Shown here: positions 11,763-19,621 of the stretch, piece after piece | Layout of the letters: every line of letters begins with the position of its first letter | Numbering within the stretch: the stretch's first letter is position 1 | NCBI RefSeq assembly: GCF_006345805.1 | Contig: NW_021824132.1 | Coordinates: 1 to 19,621 of the forward strand | Reading direction: 5' to 3' | DNA from: Octopus sinensis | Taxonomy: Eukaryota | DNA length: 19,621 nt | Program-made: the position numbers and the translations under genes | The notes under the pieces: generated by a model | The model's input: only the letters and a program-made list of their open reading frames with translations | What the model was told of the DNA's origin: nothing | Database searches by the model: none

Positions 11763-11835
11763 ACATTATAGCAAATAGTATGTAAAGAAAAAAATTATTT
11801 GGTTTTATACGTACGTTGTATAAAGAATATATATA

Positions 11836-11837
<2 letters not shown>

Positions 11838-11874
<37 letters not shown>
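11838..11874. repeat. (TG)n microsatellite
   Basis: Direct reading. Confidence 0.95.
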
Positions 11875-11876
<2 letters not shown>

Positions 11877-14186
11877 TATAAAATAATAATTATATATACT
11901 TTTGTATATATATTATTTAATAATTATTACATTAGTTAAAGATATATATATATAATGAAATAATTTGTTTGCTATTTAAAAGTCAAGTTAATATGCTTGA
12001 CTCATTCCGCAGACACAATCTTAAAATAAAAGTCCTTTTTATTCAGTCAACATTTAATACGCCAATACAATTCCACTTGAAGATTGTTTGGCATTCACGG
12101 TTTCTCACTTTTTCGAATATCAGTTTAATATTAATGGATAATCCATTGGGATGTTTATTTATACATCATATGAATGTTTCTCACGTCGAAGACGATGGAT
12201 GAACTGTGCGTGTTCGTCCTTCTTAAATGGATATTCAGTACCATTAGTGTGAATTGTTCTTTGATGAAGGTAGGAAAAGAAAAGCAAGGAGGAGAACAAA
12301 AAGTTAATCTGTACGGGAAGCGGTAAAAATGGTAAGGTGAGTAATGGAAGCGAGGAAATGAAAAGATAAAAAAATGAAAAGAGAATAGTTGATGTGTAAT
12401 GAATCATTCAGGGATGTGATGACAAACCCACTAAAACCTTGTATGCAGATATTATCTGCGACATTCCAGCTATTATCAGAAACATTCATTACAGTTTTTG
12501 TTCTCTCCTTTTTTCTATACGAGTGATGTTTGTGCATCTCAACTGAAACTTGCGTCTAAGTTTTGATTTGAAAATCAAAACCAGATTACAAATTCCTGCT
12601 ACCATATCAGAAAAACATCGTAACGTACTATCTTTTAAAGAAGAAGATGAATTTTGCTATGCAGATTGTTTTATGCTCCATTGTAGCTAATCCTGTAAGT
12701 TTTCTATAAATATGTGCCTTTCATACCTAAAATTACTTTGGCGGTGAATTTGTGATGATCTAATATTCATGGCCTTTGCAAGGGCAGAAAAGTTTATGCC
12801 AGGTTTCGTATGTATAATGGCACAAATTACGGCTGCATGATTGCATAAATCCTCTTTATACATGGTTTTTGCTGCCGTTCTTATTTTCCAAAATATTCAC
12901 ATTGACGCACAAATTTATCGTGATGTCGACGGTAGTTTTATTTAATATAGGGAGTCAATGCCAGCTCAAAATTACACAATAGATAAAGCAAACATTTTTA
13001 TCTGTTGGGTCTTGGCAGAAGCAGCTTTGGACTAGCCGACACCTAAAAAAATCCAGAGGTCACTCCTCAAAAATTCTGAAAGTCTCTGTTAATCATTCTG
13101 GAAAAAAAGGCACCAAACGAAAGACTGGATAAGTTTTGCTAACATGAACTACGATACCTAACAACTCAGTTTCACTTGCATTGACGTCATCCAAAATTTG
13201 TCATTGAACTGTATGAATGTAGGACAAACTGCAAGTCACACTAGAATACTCCATTTTCTACTTCATTTCTATACGAGTTGAAGATAAATGCACTAATTGG
13301 TTTCCATTGAAATGACTCTCAATGGTATTGTGAGTTGATGGAAGTTTTATTATAAATTATATACCTGACAAACGGCCTTTATTCTCATATTTTCTAATGA
13401 CGAAGAAAGAGGCACACTAAGAACTGTTTTTCGCGCGTTGTGTGGATTTCATTGAGGAATATAATTGCTGTTTTGTACATTGTGAACAGCAAACTAAAAA
13501 ACCCTGGGATCTATGGAGACCAGCGAAAGTCTACATCCTCGACAAATGAATTAATTTCGCATGCCATAAAGTGTAGTTTTCAACGGACCCTGACCGAAAC
13601 TTCGAAATTTACCTTTGGCATGCAAAAGAAATGCCTTACCGAGGGCATTATTCGAAGTGCCATACATTTCCTCTATTTGCATGAATTTATTCTATTTTAC
13701 GAAATTTCTTCAACTGGAAATGTTTTTGCTTTGAGAACAAACTTCTGTTTCCCATTCAGCTTGCTTCGTTTTTATTGTTGTGGTTGATTAGGGTGGCAAA
13801 TATTTGTAAAGGTTATAACAACCTTTTAGAAAGCTAATTTCAAAGTATGTACATCATTCAATGACACCAAATAACTCTGCCTGCATTATTTTAAGTTATT
13901 TTGTTCTACCCTAATTAATTACTTGCTAACAAAATACTACGTATGTTAAGTTAAAAAGTTTTCTCTTCCAAGATACGTTATGGTTGATAGGTAACTTGAA
14001 ACATACAATTCCTCAATTTGACCCAATCCCGAGTTAAAGTGGGGTATTCTCCCATACACAGTCAAAATCAAAACTTCATGAAATTACGCATGAGCACAGA
14101 TAGTTATCTGGTATTTATATGCGCTAGTCAAGTTTTTAATCTTACGTGTCTAAAGACTGTATGTACGTGCATATGTATAATATATA

Positions 14187-14270
14187 TATTCTTTTACGTG
14201 TTAGAGTACCGCCTTAAGTCGAACAAATCGGCCCCAGGACTTATTCTTTGTAAGCGTAGTACTTATTCTA
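14187..14270 (-). mobile_element. SINE fragment (third tail type, related to 9507-9558)
   Basis: GAGTACCGCCTTAAGTCGAACAAATCGGCCCCAGGACTTATTCTTTGTAAGCGTAGTACTT shares the GTCGA..ATCGACCCCAG..GTACTT core with copies A-C and GAG(C/T)ACCGCCTT with the 9507 tail. Confidence 0.55.
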
Positions 14271-14339
14271 CTTAACTGGTAACACCATCAAGCCTACTTG
14301 ATAAAGACTGCCCTGGTACCCAGTAGAACGAAAACAAGA

Positions 14340-15600
14340 ATTTCAAATGGCGGGTAAACTCAGGGGAGACAACAGCCAGCCAATAGCTGGGAGTAAGAGA
14401 AAGAGAGCTCCTTGTCACTGTTTTTCTCTAAATATGCTGTGAACGTTGTAGAGGAGTTAAACGTAACATCTTGTTATTTTGTTGTTCTATAAGTGTGGTA
14501 TCTTTATGCTGCTGCGACAGGTGATCGCTAGATAAATAGGGCAATACCATATTTGGTAGGTGATACTTTAAGTATATTATTAGAATCTCAGCTTTCTAGC
14601 AGAATCAAGTAGGTAGGTGCAGCTGTGCAATAGAACTTCAAGAGTGGTGGAAGGATGTATGATGCTACCTATTTCTTTATTACCCGCAAGGGGCTAAACA
14701 TAGAGGGGACAAACAAGGACAGACATAAGTATTAAGTCGATTACATCGACCCCAGTGCGTAACTGGTACTTAATTTATCAACCCCGAAAGGATGAGAGGC
14801 AAAGTCGACCTCGGCGGAATTTGAACTCACAACGTAACGCGGACGAAATAGCGCTAAGCATTTCGCCCGGCGTGCTAACGTTTATGATGCTACCTGTGTG
14901 TGTGTTTCTCTGGAGGTGTGGAAAGTCCGTTTAGGTACAACTTGAAAAGTGTGTTTGAGAGAACAAGTCCTGACAGTATTCTATTGGGAACTTGAAAGTT
15001 TATTGATGTGACAAGAATACTCTTGCAGGCATTGTGTTGTTTCTTCAGGTGATGCAGAATATTTTGATGTGCGAGTCAATAGAAGAAATGAAATATGATA
15101 TTGTTGTCACATAATAATCAAATTACCTATTGGTTTCATACCAGAAGTTGAGAACCAATGGCTGCAAGGAACAGCATGATGTGAGCTGTTTCTTATTGGG
15201 GGACTGAAAGTGTCACATCCGGTTGAGTCTTAAAGATCTTCTAGAAAATGTGAACGAAATTTGTGGAAGGAATCACTCAGGCCAAACACAGAGAGGAGAA
15301 AATATTTAGTTCGTAAGAGTTGTCTCTTGGATTGTGGGCGGTAAAAAGCTATCCAGATACGATGTTTTCTTGCAAGGTGGCGATGGAATGTGGGGATGCA
15401 GGCTTAGTATTTAGGGGATGCCTAAGTTAGTTAGGATGGCACATGTAGGGGTTCGGGAGCAGAGTATTGGTTGAACATCTGAATCCATATTATGATTTTG
15501 ATAGTGGTATGTGTAAGCTAGTGATGTCAAGGGTTTTAGACTTGCTACAATGTTTCAGTGTAATCATAGAAAGATGGTGGATTTGTATACTATAGTACTA
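14340..15600 (-). mobile_element. Decayed LINE reverse transcriptase region (I/Jockey-like by motif style), interrupted by SINE copy C; boundaries approximate
   Basis: 14973-14905 translates SGLVLSNTLFKLYLNGLSTPP (cf. RT motif QGSVLSPTLFNLY). QVASY follows at the position of the YADD motif, and 14602-14534 gives LLES*DSNNILKVSPTKYGIALF. Many stops and frameshifts. Confidence 0.7.
14671..14882 (-). mobile_element. tRNA-derived SINE, copy C, 5'-truncated, with 13-bp target-site duplication
   Basis: TATGATGCTACCT at 14658-14670 and 14883-14895. Body nearly identical to copy B but lacks the first approximately 18 nt of the head. Confidence 0.93.
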
Positions 15601-15734
15601 TGGCATCACTTGGCTTTTATTGTTCTTTAGAGCTTTTATAAGTTTACGCCAATTCTGGGAATTTGGAACTGTTGGCACAAGTAGTAGTTATGGCTGTTAG
15701 TAACAGTAGTGATGTTATCGGACTCTCTACTTGT

Positions 15735-15890
15735 TATGTATATATGTGTGTGTGTGTATATGCATGTATGTATGTATGTATGTATGTATGTATGTATGTA
15801 TGTATGTATGTATGTATGTATGTATGTATGTATGTATGTATGTATGTATGTATATATATTTTTATACACATACATACATATATATATATA
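15735..15890. repeat. (GTAT)n compound microsatellite
   Basis: Direct reading. Confidence 0.95.
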
Positions 15891-15967
15891 ATAAATATTA
15901 GGGAATAAATCCAAACTTACAGGGAAAAATCAGATTTAGGATTGAATCCAATTTTATAGTAAAATAT

Positions 15968-16163
15968 TATATTATATTAAATTAGAGAGACAACCACTAT
16001 TAGGCAATCATACAATGAAAAACTTAAGCCAATACATAACTTATTTAATTATATTATTTAATATATAACAAAATTATTTAAAAAATATAATTATGTATTG
16101 GCTTAAGTTTTTCATTGTATGATTTGCCTAATAGTGGTTTTGTCTCTAATTTAATATAATATA
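15968..16163. repeat. Fold-back 1: 72/73-bp inverted repeat, 51-bp AT-rich spacer
   Basis: 15968-16039 vs reverse complement of 16091-16163: 2 mismatches and 1 indel. Confidence 0.92.
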
Positions 16164-16303
16164 TATATATATATATATAATATATATAATATATATATAT
16201 ACTTTGATACTTTGATACTTTGATAGGTTTCGGCCATTATTGGCCCAGGCCATGTCTAACTTAATAGCACCATATATATATATAGCACCAATATATATAT
16301 AAG

Positions 16304-16429
16304 AAGAAGAAAAAGAAAATGGAGACTGGGGAGATGATAACTGTTTATTATCAACAACAAATCAATCATCATCATTTGTTATTACTTATAAACAAGTTAC
16401 TTCCCAATCTCCATTTTCTTTTCCTTCTT
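16304..16429. repeat. Fold-back 2: imperfect inverted repeat of about 57 bp, 11-nt loop
   Basis: AAGAAGAAAAAGAAAATGGAGACTGGGGAG...AACAAAT (16304-16362) vs ATTTGTT...CTTCCCAATCTCCATTTTCTTTTCCTTCTT (16374-16429). Confidence 0.85.
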
Positions 16430-16551
16430 TTATATGAATATAAACTATATGGCTTTATATACACACCTATTGTTTTAAGAAAATTAATTCCCCCAAAATA
16501 TTAGGTATTGTACCAGTATTTCCTTGGATGACACCGTCCCTTCATGAGGCT

Positions 16552-16636
16552 AACATGGCCTTTGTTTAGACTTATATACATTATTTGACTTATATATAAT
16601 TCATATCGATGTATATAAGTCTCTTCGGGGTTTTGG
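16552..16636 (-). ncRNA. Type I hammerhead ribozyme copy 1 (stem II intact, core mutated)
   Basis: Minus strand: CCAAAACC-CCGAAGA-GACTTATATACAT-loop-ATGTATATAAGTC-TAAA-C AAAGGCCAT GTT. Perfect 13-bp stem II, but CUGA is CCGA and GAAA is UAAA. Confidence 0.6.
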
Positions 16637-16807
16637 TTCAAAAGACAGACGAAATTCCGTTTGAAATACGGCCACGTTGTAAAACATTGATTAAAATATC
16701 TATGTTTAGGAGCGCAAGCGTTACATTTTCAACTGCATAACGAGTACAATTTTTTAAAAATCATAACGGACAAAATAATTAAATAGAATCTACAACAATC
16801 GAAATAC

Positions 16808-16945
16808 ATTTCTATATATCTCAAATAATATTAATCCAAATTCATTTATATACTTATATATTGTAGTTGTATGTTATTAAAATAGCCAAAGATTGTCTTC
16901 GACCTAACCGAATTTGGATTAATATTACTTGAGATATATAGAAAT
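16808..16945. repeat. Inner inverted repeat of fold-back 3: 36 bp, 1 mismatch, 66-bp spacer
   Basis: 16808-16843 vs reverse complement of 16910-16945. Confidence 0.92.
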
Positions 16946-17030
16946 ATATATGAATCATTTTTTTCTTTTCTTTTGTTTTTTTGTTGTTTTTTTTTTTACA
17001 ATCTGACCGTTCTTTCGTTTGCCTTTCGAA

Positions 17031-17111
17031 CCAAAACCCTGAAGAGACATGGTTATGAATTGTTTATGAATCAAATAATGTATATAAGCCGAAACAAATT
17101 GTTGGCGTTTT
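17031..17111 (+). ncRNA. Type I hammerhead ribozyme copy 2 (core intact, stem II 5' arm deleted)
   Basis: CCAAAACC-CTGAAGA (17039-17045)-G...C-GAAA (17091-17094)-CA AAT TG-TT-GG. Core boxes and GUU triplet are intact. TTATATAC (8 nt) is missing from stem II relative to copy 1. Confidence 0.65.
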
Positions 17112-17361
17112 ATGTTTTTTAATAACTTTTTTCATGTTATATTCATAGTATATTATGTTATATTGTGATATAAATAAATTTTGGGATTATCAATTGAATT
17201 TCTCTAATTTATTGTTTGTAATTTGTATTTCAAATCCTATTTCTGTGGTATTCAACTGACGTACCAGTGAATTGGATGTTTTACACACCCCTTTAAAGGA
17301 ATTTCTTTCCTTAGTTTGTTACACACACACATACACATACACACATATATATATATATACA

Positions 17362-17762
17362 TTTGCCTGAGCGTGGCTCGCTTTCCACTGCGGCCATATC
17401 TGAAGCACTGAAGCAGTTGTACCACTCTTTTATCCAGTTTTGTCCATGGCATCATCGCCAAAGGCCAGCTGAATATTCTGGATGGTTTGAGTTTGAGTGT
17501 CACCAAGCTTTTGGCAAAACTTGAAGCAATATTTCTACACTATGCGTTCAATCATTTTGCGTAAAAACGAAAATCTCACGAGCGCACACTAAACGTCTGT
17601 GCAACATGAATAACATCCGGGAACTCATGTGGCCTACCGGCGCGCAAATTTTTGCTCATACACAGGAAGAGTGGCGTCACTTTCCACCCAAAAGATTTTG
17701 CCCATGCGGTATTAGTTTTGGCGAGAAAAAATAACATTCGGATACGTTTCGAACACACCTTG
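17362..17762 (-). mobile_element. Mariner transposon 5' fragment: TA + left TIR + N-terminal HTH of a pseudogenised transposase
   Basis: TA at 17763-17764, then TIR-like CAAGGTGTGTTCGAAACGTATCCGAA. ATG at 17555 gives MIERIV*KYCFKFCQKLGDTQTQTIQNIQLAFGDDAMDKT/IKEWYNCF/../VESEPRSG, the typical mariner HTH (IKFCxKLG...AFGD...EWYxRF...SEPRSGRP). Truncated at a CA/TA array; no right TIR found. Confidence 0.88.
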
Positions 17763-17892
17763 TAACTATGTAATCTTTTAGTTTTGTTTTCAGTGGAAAC
17801 CGTACGAGTATGAAACGTAGGATATTATGATAACAGCAGGCCGGGATAATATTGTTTATGTACAGTAAATTGCGATGTATTTATCTTGGCTT

Positions 17893-18048
17893 TCTATCTA
17901 TCAATCTATCTATCTATCTATCTTTCTATCTATCTTTCTTCCTATCTATCTATCTGTCTATCTATTTATCTATCTATCTGTCTCTCTGTCTGTCTGTCTA
18001 TTTGTCTATCTATCTTTCTTTCTCTGTAAGTATGCATGTATCTAACTG

Positions 18049-18089
<41 letters not shown>

Positions 18090-18208
18090 ATATATATATA
18101 TAATATATATATTATATAACTGTCTGACTGCCTTCTGCTCTTCTCTATGTTTGTCTATCTCTCTATCTCTATCTATCTATCTATCTATCTATCCATCTAT
18201 CCATATAA

Positions 18209-18276
<68 letters not shown>

Positions 18277-18281
18277 CTATC

Positions 18282-18314
<33 letters not shown>

Positions 18315-18460
18315 ATATTATGTGTGTGTGTGTGTGTATGTATGTATCGTTTTGTGCGCGTGTGTGTTGTATACATGTGTATATATAGCATCTATATGTG
18401 TGTGTGTGTACGTACATATATTTATGCATATGTATCCTATATATGCATATTTGTATGCAT
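17893..18460. repeat. Compound (TCTA)n/(TCTG)n, (TA)n and degenerate (TG)n microsatellite block
   Basis: Direct reading. Confidence 0.93.
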
Positions 18461-18615
18461 AGGAGAGAGAGGGGGAAGGAGATAGACAAAGAGAGATAGT
18501 GAAAGAGACGTAGAGGAAGAGAGAGAGATAGAAATAGAAAAAGAGAGAGAAGATAGAGAGAAAGAGAGAGCGAGAGAAAGAGAAAATGGGAGAGAGAGAG
18601 GGAAAGAGGGAGAGA
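18461..18615. repeat. (GA)n-rich polypurine tract
   Basis: Direct reading. Confidence 0.9.
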
Positions 18616-19621
18616 ATGAAAGCCTCGAATGAATTTTCATCACAGAAATATAGTAACGAGTTTGAAAGATAAATCAATGTCAGTTCTATTGGATATCCGC
18701 TGCTGCTGCTGCGCTGACAGTGGCGGCTGATGACAAACGGCATGCCAATTAAGTACTGTATTAACAGACTGAATGATTCAACCTTGTTCAGCGATTCGGA
18801 ATAAACTGTCACATTGCACGTTCGATAAGTCTCTTGTACAAACTTGTTACAGAGATTCAGGTTTAAGCGAAACCCATATATGTTAATTCGTAAACAAAAG
18901 AATTATTCAAATGTGAAACTTTGAAATCTACTTTTGTTTCTAAATAATTTAAACCATAATTCCGAACGCGTTATAAAATTAGATAAAATCACTGACTTAA
19001 ACAAAGTTACCATATATTTCAAGTTAATTTTGACCAGACTTGATATTGATAATCTAGCAAAGCAGTATCTACAAATAAAGCTAAAAAGCTAAAAAAAAAA
19101 GAAAGAAATAATAATGTTAACAGATTTGGAAATCAAATCTACTTCCCAGCCGAATGATAATCTGATCAGCGAGTTTGCCAGGATTATTTCATCCAAATAT
19201 GTAACGGTTTATAACTAGAGCATATATTTGATAAATACATTTTAAATGTATTTTTTGTTAGGAATTATTGTCTGTGACCCTTTTCTACTGAAATAATCGT
19301 CAAATCTATCAAGGAATAATATTTGTAGATATTTTCTCTCTTAAATAATTGTAGGTAAAATTCTATAACTGTTGCCTATTTTACTCTCCTTCATAATCAT
19401 TATTCATTGCTATTTATAATCTAAATTTTATGCCATAGTTTAATATTGTTTCTATTTTTAGCTCAAATAATGAATGATTTAATATATTTTCCTATAAAAT
19501 AAATAATTAATTCATTTCATTAACTTAATCTACATTGCTAAACAGAAATAGTTAGGACCATATGTATTAATCTGCAAACTAATCCAGTAATTGTTGTTAA
19601 CAGTCGGATTATACAACGAAA

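Noticed and set aside
13440-13787. 115-aa plus-strand ORF and adjacent frames 12950-13790
   Set aside because: Starts at TTG/GTG, has no recognisable domain and no consistent splice framework.
13787-13915. Tiny TA-ended MITE (ATTAGGGT...ACCCTAAT)
   Set aside because: The IR is only 8 bp perfect and decays immediately; compatible with chance.
18810-18830. miR-92-like seed CATTGCAC
   Set aside because: Similarity is limited to the seed and there is no precursor hairpin.

Overview
AT-rich, repeat-dense eukaryotic DNA with no complete gene, rRNA, tRNA gene or CRISPR array. The microsatellite load and SINE sequences resemble Octopus (cephalopod) genomic DNA; this is inference from recalled repeat families, with no search run. 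Most ORFs in the supplied track are translations of (TA)n, (GTAT)n, (TCTA)n, (CA)n or (GA)n arrays. Supportable content: a MITE-like element with long TIRs (60-335); several tRNA-derived SINEs sharing a head/core but with different tails, including a tandem dimer and a TSD-flanked copy; decayed fragments of an RLE-type LINE (4408-4609), an RT-bearing LINE (about 14340-15600) and a mariner (17362-17762); many simple repeats; and two weak candidate exons. The most unusual signal is a 1.2-kb cluster of fold-back (inverted-repeat) structures at 15968-17111. One of them carries two divergent copies of a type I hammerhead ribozyme with lesions at different positions, so their consensus is an intact core with a 13-bp stem II. 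A separate degenerate hammerhead lies next to a Pol III B-box-like hairpin at about 8591-8677. These look like Penelope/retrozyme-type elements (inference).
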